Shown here one piece after another: positions 32,908 through 42,216 of a stretch of 64,000 nt of DNA (within the stretch, counting starts at the first letter, position 1; each line of letters begins with the position of its first letter). The position numbers and the translations under genes were made by a program. This DNA is from an uncultured Candidatus Saccharibacteria bacterium. GTDB lineage: Bacteria > Patescibacteriota > Saccharimonadia > Saccharimonadales > AWTP1-31. The stretch is taken from contig CALCZR010000059.1 of the NCBI GenBank assembly GCA_937903325.1, positions 151,547 through 215,546 of the forward strand, given 5' to 3'. Below the pieces are notes generated by a model. The model saw only the letters and a program-made list of their open reading frames with translations. It was not told where the DNA came from and did no database searches.

Positions 32908-32924
32908 GGAGCAGAGCTAGTTTA

Positions 32925-34475
32925 ATGGCCCTTGTTTCAATCCGGAACGAGGGTATTTTTTTGAGTAACATGGTGCTAGGGGTAGAGTACAGTCCAGTGA
33001 GTCCTGAATTCCAGGCGGCTCAGTTTATGCCAGACCTCATGGAAGACCGGGAGATAGCACGAATTGAGGCCAGAGCTATTCTCGAACACAATAGGCAGCT
33101 GCTGCGTGACGGTGAGTTCGATGCCGTACCTATCCCGGTAGACCCCCTCAGCACCGCAGACCTTGTTATAGAGGCTCGAGAGAAGTACGGGAAAGGTAGT
33201 ATAGAGCATAAAACCGCAGAGCAGGCTCTTGAACTAGACTGCCACCGGCTGCTACTTGAAGCAGTTCGGGCTAAAACATGGGAGTATTTCCCTAAGAGTC
33301 AGCAAGAGTACGATCCTGGTACAGGTTATTACTACTCGCATGGCTATGCCATAGCGACCATAGTAGATAATGGCTTGTCACCGGTATCTGAGGCTGAGGA
33401 AGTGGATAGGCGCCTTAATGAGGCAGTTGAGGAGAGGACGTACATGTCCATTGGTCGGCGTTTGCTCGGTAACACCGTTGAAGTCAATCCGGTACCCGAG
33501 ATTGTTAATGTGGCCACTATCTCGCCTTGTACCAACTGGGCACTGCAGCGCTATAAGGACGGCAAGACAGATGGTTTTGGCGGGTATGTGCCCTCTAAAG
33601 ATAGGCGTATGATTCGCAACGTACGTTTTGATTCCACGCTTGGGTACCGTGAGGAAGACCAAATCGGAGCATCGGGAGATTACTGGGATGATGATGTAAT
33701 CTCCGACAGCCTACATATTCTAGACAGTCGTCTGGAAGGTGTAGACATGGATCGCACGTATGTACATGGTACGCAAATGGTTACCAACCGTGAGATTGGG
33801 GTTTGGGACTATGCTGAGCTGTTCGATATCTTGGCCTCTAAAAAACACGGCGTAACTATTTTTATGGGTGAGCTTGTGGAAGATGGCCACCCACGTGACT
33901 ATGAAGCAGCTAAGCTTGAGGCGGCACGACGCCAAGCAGAAACATTGGCTGCATCTCAGTCACTGGCAGGCGACATTTTGGTACTGGCCGAAAGTGGCAT
34001 CGACCACTGGGCGGCTAATGCCTTCGTGGAAGAGCTGGTTAAAAAAGAAATGCTCACTATTTGTGAGGCGGAGCCTGAGAAGGCGGCAGAGATGTTTGAT
34101 GAGGCCACGGTAGATGGACTCAAAGAAGTTCAGCGACTTATATCTATCGGAGATGACGTGGCCGCCCAACTACTACGCAAGCAGGTGGAATTTAACGCTC
34201 CTCGTCCAGAGTTTTGTGGTGCTGGATCATGTGGCCTCGAAAGTGTTGATCCTAACTCTGCAGAAGGTAAAGAACTGTACAAGAAAGTGGGTGCGGAAGA
34301 GGGAGATATTGTGCTTCGCGATGTAGTACGTGCGTGTGATGAATGTGGCAAGAAGGGTGGCGTTATTTACGCCTTTGTCAGGAGGAAAGAGGACACCCAA
34401 GGGAAGAGTAAGGTTAATAAGTACTGCCAGAACTGTGAAGCCTTTGAACACAAAATGACAAAGGATGGGAAATAA
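32925..34475 (+). CDS. Hypothetical cytoplasmic protein with C-terminal Cys4 zinc-ribbon
   Basis: The 516-aa ORF has a C-terminal CGAGSCG...CDECGKKG...CQNCEAF. A weak transglutaminase-like C...H...D signature (SPCTNWA / YVHG / WDYAELFD) is speculative. Confidence 0.55.
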   Translation: MALVSIRNEGIFLSNMVLGVEYSPVSPEFQAAQFMPDLMEDREIARIEARAILEHNRQLLRDGEFDAVPIPVDPLSTADLVIEAREKYGKGSIEHKTAEQALELDCHRLLLEAVRAKTWEYFPKSQQEYDPGTGYYYSHGYAIATIVDNGLSPVSEAEEVDRRLNEAVEERTYMSIGRRLLGNTVEVNPVPEIVNVATISPCTNWALQRYKDGKTDGFGGYVPSKDRRMIRNVRFDSTLGYREEDQIGASGDYWDDDVISDSLHILDSRLEGVDMDRTYVHGTQMVTNREIGVWDYAELFDILASKKHGVTIFMGELVEDGHPRDYEAAKLEAARRQAETLAASQSLAGDILVLAESGIDHWAANAFVEELVKKEMLTICEAEPEKAAEMFDEATVDGLKEVQRLISIGDDVAAQLLRKQVEFNAPRPEFCGAGSCGLESVDPNSAEGKELYKKVGAEEGDIVLRDVVRACDECGKKGGVIYAFVRRKEDTQGKSKVNKYCQNCEAFEHKMTKDGK

Positions 34476-34476
34476 C

Positions 34477-34659
34477 ATGGCAGACAATTCTACAAAAGAC
34501 AATTACGATCCGTACGCGGAGATGGTAAAAGACAAGTCACCAGAACTATTCTGTGATAACTGTGGTCATTACCCGATTCAGCCAGTACACGGTCACTTCA
34601 TGTGCCCAGCCTGTCACATGCCAACCAAGTGTTGCGAGGGAATGCCTCTCGATGTTTAG
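34477..34659 (+). CDS. Small zinc-ribbon protein
   Basis: The 60-aa product carries CDNCG...(18)...CPACH plus a CC pair. The ATG lies 2 nt after the upstream stop, with an AAGGATGGG RBS. Confidence 0.5.
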   Translation: MADNSTKDNYDPYAEMVKDKSPELFCDNCGHYPIQPVHGHFMCPACHMPTKCCEGMPLDV

Positions 34660-35332
34660 ACTCACCTCCTTGCAAAGGCGGTGGCGGCCACGGGTTCATA
34701 ACGGTGTAGAACTCCAGGGAATGACAGAAGTAATCGAGCTGGCGAGTATGGAGCTGACTAGCCGAGCAATTATGGATCCTGACGCGTTCTTTGGATATTT
34801 TCCTGGGGCAACTGGTGACGGGATTGACCATGACTTGCCGGCATGTGAATTGGCAGCGATGTTGTTCCCGACCCTGACTATTGCTGGCCAGGAATATGAC
34901 TTAAACTTCTTCAAGAAGTCTCTGATTGGTCACGAAAGTAGAGCTGGGGCTCATCTTGATTCCGGGGTACATACGGCGCTAGAAGGAAAATTCCTACAAC
35001 TACGTCCAGATAAGTACAGGGTACTTGGTAGAAAGTTTAAGGAATTTCCGGTCATTTGGCGGGCACTTGTAAATCTCTCTACGCACGCTCCACGTACCGT
35101 ACAATATCTCGATCTAGAGCCGTCACGGATACCCCTCAAACAAGCAGATGGCTATATAAGTCCAGACCTCTCAGGAATCTATCTAGATGCTGTTACTCGG
35201 AGCGTAGAACTAGCACCACGAGTAGGCAACATCGTAAGTGTCGCAACCTTTGCTGTTAGCCATGTTTTACATAGTGGGGCAAGTGAGGCACACTTCTTGG
35301 GTGGATATGGATTTGTGGAAGAGGTGGCATGA
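34652..35332 (+). CDS. Hypothetical protein
   Basis: The ATG at 34652 overlaps the upstream stop by 8 nt, and the stop overlaps the nadD start (ATGA). No recognisable motif was found. Confidence 0.45.
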   Translation: MFRLTSLQRRWRPRVHNGVELQGMTEVIELASMELTSRAIMDPDAFFGYFPGATGDGIDHDLPACELAAMLFPTLTIAGQEYDLNFFKKSLIGHESRAGAHLDSGVHTALEGKFLQLRPDKYRVLGRKFKEFPVIWRALVNLSTHAPRTVQYLDLEPSRIPLKQADGYISPDLSGIYLDAVTRSVELAPRVGNIVSVATFAVSHVLHSGASEAHFLGGYGFVEEVA

Positions 35333-35952
35333 GTAAACGAATAGGTATATTTAGTGGTAGTTTTGACCCAGTACACAATGGGCATGTAGCCTTTGCCCTG
35401 AGTGCTATTACGGCTGCCAAGCTGGATGCAGTGTACTTTGCGCCCGAAACAAAACCCCGAAGGAAGCCGCATGTAACACATATCGCTCACCGTCTAGCTA
35501 TGCTTGAACTTGCACTACGCTCTCAGCCTCGACTACATGTTCTAGAACTACCGGGTAAGTACTTTTTACCGAAATCTACCATGGCCCACATTCGGAAGAA
35601 ATTTCCCGATGACGAGATTGTTATGCTACTGGGATCTGACCTGTTCGAACATCTAACAGAGTACCCACAGCAATGGCCCCACGTAGAGTACCTACTGAGC
35701 GAAGTAGGCTTTGCGGTTGCTAGCCGTGCGGGACACTCACCAGAAGAGTTTGAGGCTAGACTACTAGGTTTGCCAGTGCAGCCGCGGTCCTTTGTCGTCG
35801 CAGAGAATCATGAGCCGTCTCTATCCTCCGGACGTATCCGGAAAGCCATGGTAGATGGTGTGCAGCCAGTTGGACTAGCCCGGGGCGTGCAGAATTACGC
35901 AAAGAAGCACTGGCTGTACCACGACCTGAGCAAAGTAGATAAAAATACCTAG
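35329..35952 (+). CDS. nadD: Nicotinate-nucleotide adenylyltransferase
   Basis: IGIFSGSFDPVHNGHVAFA carries the (H/T)xGH nucleotidyltransferase motif in a 207-aa product. Confidence 0.85.
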   Translation: MSKRIGIFSGSFDPVHNGHVAFALSAITAAKLDAVYFAPETKPRRKPHVTHIAHRLAMLELALRSQPRLHVLELPGKYFLPKSTMAHIRKKFPDDEIVMLLGSDLFEHLTEYPQQWPHVEYLLSEVGFAVASRAGHSPEEFEARLLGLPVQPRSFVVAENHEPSLSSGRIRKAMVDGVQPVGLARGVQNYAKKHWLYHDLSKVDKNT

Positions 35953-35981
35953 ACCCATCTCTGTTATTTAAGGCAAACTTA

Positions 35982-37166
35982 TTGTATGATATACGGATGT
36001 CTGCTCCTGGTGATGAATCTTTTATACAAAATGGCCCTCGCTGGTTTGATGCGCCTGAAGTACCGTATCGCAGGTCTCTCCCGCCCATGGATGCTCAAGT
36101 TATCGGGCAGGACGAAGACGCGCCCTTTGCTGTTGTCCCGGTAGAATTTTACGCAACAACAAGTCCAAATCCACGTACGGCCATGCACCAGCTTGAACTT
36201 GGCGAGCGAGCTGCAACGAGAGCCCACCAAACTCTTGCCGCATTACACGTTCCATTGGAGGGCGAAGGAATGCCGGCCAATATGCCTGTACTGCGAGCTC
36301 TCGGGGTGACAGCACTAGGACGAGAAGGTGAACCACTCGCGCAATATGTATTTTCTAATAACCGGCAACCGGGTGAAATACAGCTATATGCTGACCTTGC
36401 AGTAACCATAGCTCACAGTGAGTGGAAGCGGAAGGCCAACCCTGACGAAGCACTACAAGCTCGGACCCAGGTGTACGACGCTCTAGATGACCACGGCTTG
36501 CAAATACAAGATACGGCAATTGATCTTCCGTGGGCGCCGTTTGCCTATGCCCGCAACAGTGTCATAGACCGACTTTCTATAGAGGCAGCGCTTGAGGCTG
36601 GCATGCTAACGGCCACATTGGGCCTCGATCGACATGGCCTTGGATATCACCTTTTTAGCGTGGCGCAACTAGCGATGGCCGGGGCGATTGGGAGGGACAT
36701 TGCCCGTATTGGTACAGAGGTTCCTCGACCAGTCGGGCGTTTAGTACTTACTGCCTTTAGCGAGCAGTATCCAAAGTCATTAACGTTTGCTGAACGACAA
36801 GACCGGCCAGTGAGCGGTGAAGCGCACGAAGAAGAAAATCGGAGCCTTAAAACCGTACTAACTGAACTTATAACGGATGAGCCAGTATATGGAACGCTTG
36901 CTGCTGCTTTTACTGCTATCGCTGCAGGAAAGTCGGGCTATGATTTATTGTATTCGCCAACCCATTGGGGTGAGATTAGCAATGACCTCGGTGAGACCGT
37001 TAAGGGTCTGGAACCAGTCTGGATTGTTTCGGCTATTGCGGCCGCAGCAGGTTTACCGGCCTACAGAATTCGCAATTGGCTACAAGAAGAAACAAGCAGG
37101 GGCAATACACGCTGGAAGGCGTGGCAGTATGTGCTGAAAAGTCCCAAGAGACCGGGCCAGCAGTAG
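35982..37166 (+). CDS. Hypothetical protein
   Basis: The 394-aa ORF starts at a TTG at 35982 (an alternative ATG is at 35997). No recognisable motifs were found. Confidence 0.5.
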   Translation: MYDIRMSAPGDESFIQNGPRWFDAPEVPYRRSLPPMDAQVIGQDEDAPFAVVPVEFYATTSPNPRTAMHQLELGERAATRAHQTLAALHVPLEGEGMPANMPVLRALGVTALGREGEPLAQYVFSNNRQPGEIQLYADLAVTIAHSEWKRKANPDEALQARTQVYDALDDHGLQIQDTAIDLPWAPFAYARNSVIDRLSIEAALEAGMLTATLGLDRHGLGYHLFSVAQLAMAGAIGRDIARIGTEVPRPVGRLVLTAFSEQYPKSLTFAERQDRPVSGEAHEEENRSLKTVLTELITDEPVYGTLAAAFTAIAAGKSGYDLLYSPTHWGEISNDLGETVKGLEPVWIVSAIAAAAGLPAYRIRNWLQEETSRGNTRWKAWQYVLKSPKRPGQQ

Positions 37167-37181
37167 AGCCCATTAAGGGTA

Positions 37182-37210
37182 TTTATTTATTTTCATAAAG
37201 ATGGTATAAT
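37182..37210 (+). promoter_or_regulatory. Sigma-70-like promoter with extended -10 (TGGTATAAT), implying a leaderless transcript
   Basis: TGGTATAAT sits at 37202-37210 with a weak -35 (TTTATT) 17 nt upstream. The ATG of the next gene lies only 8 nt downstream of the -10 and has no SD. Confidence 0.45.
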
Positions 37211-37218
37211 ATCCGTTT

Positions 37219-38136
37219 ATGAGTGATGTTTTCCGTGATCAAGGTGGTGATCCAGACCCCAACGAGCTTGGCGGTGCTTTTTGGCACCCACAAGATAGGC
37301 TTGGTGACATGCCTGGGTTCGGCGACATCTCTATTCCACTAGACGGTGAGACGGCTACAGGTCAACTTGTGCCGTCAGTTGGCATGGAAGTTGAGTTATA
37401 CCAAGAACCAGAACAAGTAGCCGTAGAGGCTCCCGTACTGGACCATTCTAACTTTAGCCTGCCTAGAGCTTTAAAAGCGGCGGGCATCGGCTCTCGCCCA
37501 GCTAATAAAATTACCGATTCGTTCGCTCGCTTTGGTCGGAAACACAAGAGCCCCATGTGCCCTGAAACTGGCTTAGACGCCGTCGTTGTGACGAAATACG
37601 GTGGTAATTCGCCGACGGAAACACATGTTGTACAGTGGGCAAAAAGGCCTGACAATGAGACGGCCTTAGATGAAGATATGCTCCAAGTAGCTGCAGATAT
37701 CGGCTATTCACTCTCAAAGATAATGGAGCTGCCAGGTGATGAGCGTGACCCCGAAGCTATTAAGAAACTACGTGATCTAGCTCGTGCTAACCAACTCGAG
37801 ATGACGGAAAGAGTACAGAACGTACCGCTTAATCCAATACGTGACGCAGTGCATACGCCTGTTTTGGGTTGGACGCAGCGCTTTGGCTGGTTTCCACACG
37901 AAACATCTGCACTTGCAGTGACAACCCGACAGACATATATAGATCTAGCTGAGAGTAACCGATTAGCTGTAGCTCGTGACCTTACGGTTCTTCTGCCTCT
38001 TATCGGCAAATCAGCCTGGACAATGTACGGCGCCCACAAGTCACCCGAACTTCACCGAACTGCAACGGTAGTAACCTTTAGTCGTATTCGTCCTGAAGCC
38101 CCAGAGCAACGGCGCTATGCTCGTCGCATCGTCTAG
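37219..38136 (+). CDS. Hypothetical protein
   Basis: The 305-aa ORF has an ATG start placed directly after the extended -10 promoter. Confidence 0.55.
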   Translation: MSDVFRDQGGDPDPNELGGAFWHPQDRLGDMPGFGDISIPLDGETATGQLVPSVGMEVELYQEPEQVAVEAPVLDHSNFSLPRALKAAGIGSRPANKITDSFARFGRKHKSPMCPETGLDAVVVTKYGGNSPTETHVVQWAKRPDNETALDEDMLQVAADIGYSLSKIMELPGDERDPEAIKKLRDLARANQLEMTERVQNVPLNPIRDAVHTPVLGWTQRFGWFPHETSALAVTTRQTYIDLAESNRLAVARDLTVLLPLIGKSAWTMYGAHKSPELHRTATVVTFSRIRPEAPEQRRYARRIV

Positions 38137-38138
38137 AT

Positions 38139-38438
38139 CTAGTTAAAGAACGTACTTATGAAGCCGCGGTCCCAGAAGGGTTTCTGCTTCTCTGCTTCAA
38201 CTTTTTCAGAAATCTTCTCTTTAGCTACCATAACTCCAGCACCGGCCAACACGGTTGCACCTAGCCCAAGAGGGGAGGCTACAAAACCAACCGTTGCTTC
38301 TGCGCCTGCAACGACAGTTTCAATCATGGTTTCAACACCCCACGCAGCAGCACCGAGGGCAGCAGTAAGTACACCAGTGCCCATAGCAACACCGAGCGGT
38401 TCTTGCTGAAACATTCTTCGTACGTTTGGAGATGACAT
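38139..38438 (-). CDS. Small Gly/Ala-rich membrane protein
   Basis: The 99-aa product has two Gly/Ala-rich hydrophobic segments. Confidence 0.4.
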   Translation of the reverse strand: MSSPNVRRMFQQEPLGVAMGTGVLTAALGAAAWGVETMIETVVAGAEATVGFVASPLGLGATVLAGAGVMVAKEKISEKVEAEKQKPFWDRGFISTFFN

Positions 38439-38505
38439 AACAATACCTTACAAAGTACTAATTTTATCATCAAATTGTAATTATCGCAATGTCATTGTAC
38501 TGAAT

Positions 38506-40206
38506 CTACTCTTCGTCAGCTAACTGCTCATCAAAGTGAGATTGCAAGTACACTAAGTGTTTCTCACGGTAGGCCTTGAACTCAGTCTTGTTAAAACCAT
38601 TCTTCTTAATAAAAGTACTAATCTTCTCACTCCCAATGTAGTGCGGCATCATGACGTATGCTGCACCTTCGGAATACAGATCAGAAGCGTATTCAGCACG
38701 TTCGGCAGAACATACAAAAACTGCGCTCGGGTTGTGGGTATTCAGCCAGTGCGCGAGGAAGTGGTTAGTTTCACGGTCGGCAATGGTAGAGACGACTAAT
38801 TTTGCCTTGGCAAGGTTAAGTTCGTCGAGTAGTTCTGGGTCGGTAGCATCGCCATATAGGTAGGGTACTTGCTGTCGCTCCAGGGTCTCGATGTTCTCCG
38901 GGTCGTAGTCCACGACTACAAACTTCTTTTCCATCTTCTTAAATGTCTTTAAGAACTCATGACCACCCTTGCGGTAGCCAAACAAGACAATAGGGTAGGT
39001 GGTCGTGCCGCCCCGTTGTTCTAGCTTAGTGACATGGCGCTCAAAGAGGCGCAGGTGTCGCTCTAGTTTTGTAAACAGGGCGTTGTCGTACTTAATAAGG
39101 TAGGTAGAGGCTGCAAAGGTGATAAGGGCCGTTAGAGTCAATGTAGTAGAAGCCCGCTCGCTGACAAAGCCAGAAGCTACCGCAGCAGCGAGGAACACGA
39201 GTGAGAACTCACTAACCTGACTCATGGCTACCGCTGCCTTAAAGCTGGCCCGTTTGGTGTAACCCATGACCCCCATGGATATAAGGACGGTTAGTGGTTT
39301 GAGGATTAGGACTACGAGACTGAGGCCCAGAGCGGGAAGTACTACATGCGTGAGCTTATCTGGCGCCATGGTCTGCCCAAGGGTAATAAAGAAGATAACC
39401 AAGAAGAAGTCACGGAGCGGCTTAAGTCGAGAGGCCATCTCGCTACTGTATGGTAAGCCTGCCAGGCTAACACCGGCAAATAGGGCACCGATCTCAATAG
39501 AGAAGCCAGCCTTGGCGAATACCAGCGCTAGTCCTAATCCCCAGCCAAGTGAGAAGAGTAGGAGCAGTTCCTTACTGCGCTCCAGGGTCTTAGTAAGCAA
39601 CGGAATAACAAACTTCACTGCAAGGTAGAGGGCTGTTACTAAGGCTACGCCGCGGAGTCCAAGAGTAATAAGGGTTTGTACCGTGTCACCATGGTGTGAC
39701 TTGGCTGCCAAACCAATCTTGGCAATAGTAGCTACGACATCCTGTAACAACAGAATACCGATGGCGATTTGGGCGTACAGCCGAGTAGTTTCTTTCTTGT
39801 CGTTGAGCAGCTTCACGATAATGATCGTGCTGCTCATGGCCAGCCCTAATCCTAATACAAATGCTTCTGTTTTAGAGAAGTTGAGCAGACGTGAGGCAGC
39901 ATACCCAATAGCCGTAATACTAGCAATCTGCGCCGTGGCCGTAACGAAGACCGTTTTGCCAACCCGCGAGAATGCCTTAAGGCTGAGATCTAGACCGATA
40001 ATAAACAAGAGTAGGGCAACGCCCATATCAGACAGGCCACTAAAAGAAGCATCGGCGTGAATCAGTTTTAGTACCGACGGCCCAGCAATAATCCCCGTGA
40101 GTATATGCCCAATAATCAGGGGTTGTCGAAGCCAGCGCATAATGAGAGCAATACCTGCTCCCAGGGCAATAATGGCGCTAATCTCGTTAAAAACACTACT
40201 GTGCAT
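38506..40206 (-). CDS. Kef-type K+/H+ antiporter (CPA2) with C-terminal RCK/TrkA-N domain
   Basis: A roughly 380-aa CPA2 transmembrane domain precedes a Rossmann-like RCK region reading KFVVVDYDPENIETLERQQVPYLYGDATDPELL. Confidence 0.85.
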   Translation of the reverse strand: MHSSVFNEISAIIALGAGIALIMRWLRQPLIIGHILTGIIAGPSVLKLIHADASFSGLSDMGVALLLFIIGLDLSLKAFSRVGKTVFVTATAQIASITAIGYAASRLLNFSKTEAFVLGLGLAMSSTIIIVKLLNDKKETTRLYAQIAIGILLLQDVVATIAKIGLAAKSHHGDTVQTLITLGLRGVALVTALYLAVKFVIPLLTKTLERSKELLLLFSLGWGLGLALVFAKAGFSIEIGALFAGVSLAGLPYSSEMASRLKPLRDFFLVIFFITLGQTMAPDKLTHVVLPALGLSLVVLILKPLTVLISMGVMGYTKRASFKAAVAMSQVSEFSLVFLAAAVASGFVSERASTTLTLTALITFAASTYLIKYDNALFTKLERHLRLFERHVTKLEQRGGTTTYPIVLFGYRKGGHEFLKTFKKMEKKFVVVDYDPENIETLERQQVPYLYGDATDPELLDELNLAKAKLVVSTIADRETNHFLAHWLNTHNPSAVFVCSAERAEYASDLYSEGAAYVMMPHYIGSEKISTFIKKNGFNKTEFKAYREKHLVYLQSHFDEQLADEE

Positions 40207-40223
40207 ACGATTTTAGAGAAGAA

Positions 40224-40463
40224 CTATCGCTTCCAAGGCTTAGTGGACATACCAACGAGTACTCCACCAAGTACGAGGAACGCAGCACCGAATCCGACAA
40301 GCAGTAACTTAATGTCGTCGTTTTCTTGCATAGTACCAATCAAGATAACAGCTACACCACCAAACAAAACTGCAGCGGCAGCAGTCAGTCGACTGTTTTC
40401 AGGGGATAAGCCTTTTCGCTTAGCAGTTGTTTTTTTCTTGGTTGTTTTTGCTTTTGTTGCCAT
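40224..40463 (-). CDS. Small membrane protein
   Basis: The 79-aa product has a Lys-rich N-terminus and two TM helices. Confidence 0.4.
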   Translation of the reverse strand: MATKAKTTKKKTTAKRKGLSPENSRLTAAAAVLFGGVAVILIGTMQENDDIKLLLVGFGAAFLVLGGVLVGMSTKPWKR

Positions 40464-40687
40464 TGTTCACCCTTTATGTTTATTGCTTATGCCTAGAGTA
40501 TATCATAGGTCGCTCAGTGGCCAAGAATAGCTATTGACACGGCTACTAACGCTTATGCTAAACTGTGTACATTCTTTGTGAGCGAACACGTAGTGTTTTA
40601 GAGACTCCAAGAAAAACAAAAATTTACAAAATAATAGCTACAGAAAATTTTGAGACGGTTTTTTGTGGCCTAAAAAGAGGGGAAGTT

Positions 40688-40777
40688 ATGGGAATTAAAA
40701 TAAAAACTATTAGTAGAGGGTATAAAGTGGAAGTCAAAATTAAGCGGCCAGACTGGCAGCAATTTCTGCAGTACTAG
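40688..40777 (+). CDS. Candidate 29-aa Lys-rich small protein
   Basis: The ATG is preceded by a strong RBS (AAAAAGAGGGGAAGTT) and the ORF ends 6 nt before an intrinsic terminator. The peptide is MGIKIKTISRGYKVEVKIKRPDWQQFLQY. Confidence 0.35.
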   Translation: MGIKIKTISRGYKVEVKIKRPDWQQFLQY

Positions 40778-40783
40778 GGTGGT

Positions 40784-40813
40784 GACCGGCGAATGCCGGT
40801 CATTTACTATTTT
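40784..40813 (+). terminator. Rho-independent terminator
   Basis: A perfect 7-bp stem GACCGGC/GCCGGTC with a GAAT loop is followed by ATTTACTATTTT. Confidence 0.6.
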
Positions 40814-40855
40814 AGGTACTATGCGAAGCTATCTAAACATGTACACATAACTATA

Positions 40856-40884
40856 TAGACAAATAAGCAATAATATGCTAGAAT
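40856..40884 (+). promoter_or_regulatory. Sigma-70-like promoter TAGACA-N17-TGCTAGAAT (extended -10), implying a leaderless transcript
   Basis: The -35 TAGACA lies at 40856-40861 and the -10 TAGAAT at 40879-40884, preceded by TGC. The ATG at 40893 is 8 nt downstream. Confidence 0.45.
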
Positions 40885-40892
40885 AGTGTTAT

Positions 40893-42170
40893 ATGGTTAT
40901 GTCTCCAATTGAAGAATTCAGCGACCTCAGTGTGGAATTGGCGCAGCGGCGTCAGTTTATGGGTATTCGTTCTGGCGCTGAGGCGTTTATGAACCCTGAT
41001 ACTGCCGAAGTACTCCAGGATATGGAGGCTATGGTGCGTGAACACCCTGAAATTACGCAGTTTTATGCCGGTGCGCTTGACCGCTATACCGGTAGAAGTG
41101 AAAAGAAGTTAGAGGCCCAGGCTCAGGCAGATGAAGAACGCAAAGCCGTACTACGCGATCGTATAGATATTATGAGCGACAGCGTGGTTATTGGAGATAC
41201 TGAAGTTAGGGTATTGAATCAGCAACAGCAACGAGCTCAAAAGGAGAAGAACGAATCTGGTGAACTTATCGTAGATGAGGCCAAGATTTTCTTTAAACTC
41301 TTTAGGAAACATATCCCTGCTGAAGATATACCAAAAGCCCTAAAATCAACTAAACCAAAGCCTACTGTGCAAAATGCTGAGCCAGTAATGGCAACTCCAG
41401 TGATTACTCTGCCAGAACGACCTGCTATAGAGCTTCTCGCCCGACAACCGGCGCGGACGTTACACCATGATGCAAGCGATGGGCTGGCTGCGCGACGTGC
41501 TGCTCGTCTGGCTCGGCAAGAAGCAGCAGAACAAGAGAAGAGCGACTTTACCGACGAGTTAATTACACAGGCACACCGAGTCTTCCTAAACGTTATTGAT
41601 GAAAAGGGCAGTGTTACTCGCGCTCAAATGGAATCACTATTTAGTGAGAAGTTTGGCCTAGATGATAAGGCAATCACTAAAAAATTAGTTGCTGCTGCAT
41701 ATGCTGCAGAACGAGACCATGACCATTCACTTGTAGTGCAGGTAACTCCAGATAATGGTTCAAAGTTCTTCGCCAAACGTTCTGCTGAAGCATCCGAAGC
41801 AGATCAGCAGGAAGCTGTGCCATCTCCGCTAGGGGCCTATTTTGCTGGGAGTGAAGAAGAGTTTGCCCAAAAGTATGGAAAACTAAAAGCATATGATTCA
41901 CGAGCGATTTATTTTGAAGGCGGCACCGTCTGGCTCAATGAATTAGAGAGCGAGCTACTAGACTACTTTACTCGTACAGGAATTAAGCAGGCGGTGTCAG
42001 AAAAGTCAGTAGTTGCAGAACTACAACGCAGCGGATTACAGATCGATAATGCAGAACTGCGCGACTCAGCGAAACTAGTGAATAAACTCGTTGGTTTTGA
42101 AGTCTTTCGAACACTTCCCCCAGCTACGCGACATGCTGCAAAGGGCCTCCGTTTGCAGAAAATTGCCTAG
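40893..42170 (+). CDS. Hypothetical acidic cytoplasmic protein
   Basis: The 425-aa ORF has no recognisable motifs. Confidence 0.5.
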   Translation: MVMSPIEEFSDLSVELAQRRQFMGIRSGAEAFMNPDTAEVLQDMEAMVREHPEITQFYAGALDRYTGRSEKKLEAQAQADEERKAVLRDRIDIMSDSVVIGDTEVRVLNQQQQRAQKEKNESGELIVDEAKIFFKLFRKHIPAEDIPKALKSTKPKPTVQNAEPVMATPVITLPERPAIELLARQPARTLHHDASDGLAARRAARLARQEAAEQEKSDFTDELITQAHRVFLNVIDEKGSVTRAQMESLFSEKFGLDDKAITKKLVAAAYAAERDHDHSLVVQVTPDNGSKFFAKRSAEASEADQQEAVPSPLGAYFAGSEEEFAQKYGKLKAYDSRAIYFEGGTVWLNELESELLDYFTRTGIKQAVSEKSVVAELQRSGLQIDNAELRDSAKLVNKLVGFEVFRTLPPATRHAAKGLRLQKIA

Positions 42171-42216
42171 GTGTAATGAGTGGCCTATTGTGGCTTTCTG
42201 GCCGCATTGGTAATGC

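Noticed and set aside
40565-40777. 70-aa version of the small ORF
   Set aside because: The upstream 41 codons have no RBS and run through the promoter-like AT-rich region. Only the last 29 codons are preceded by a strong SD.
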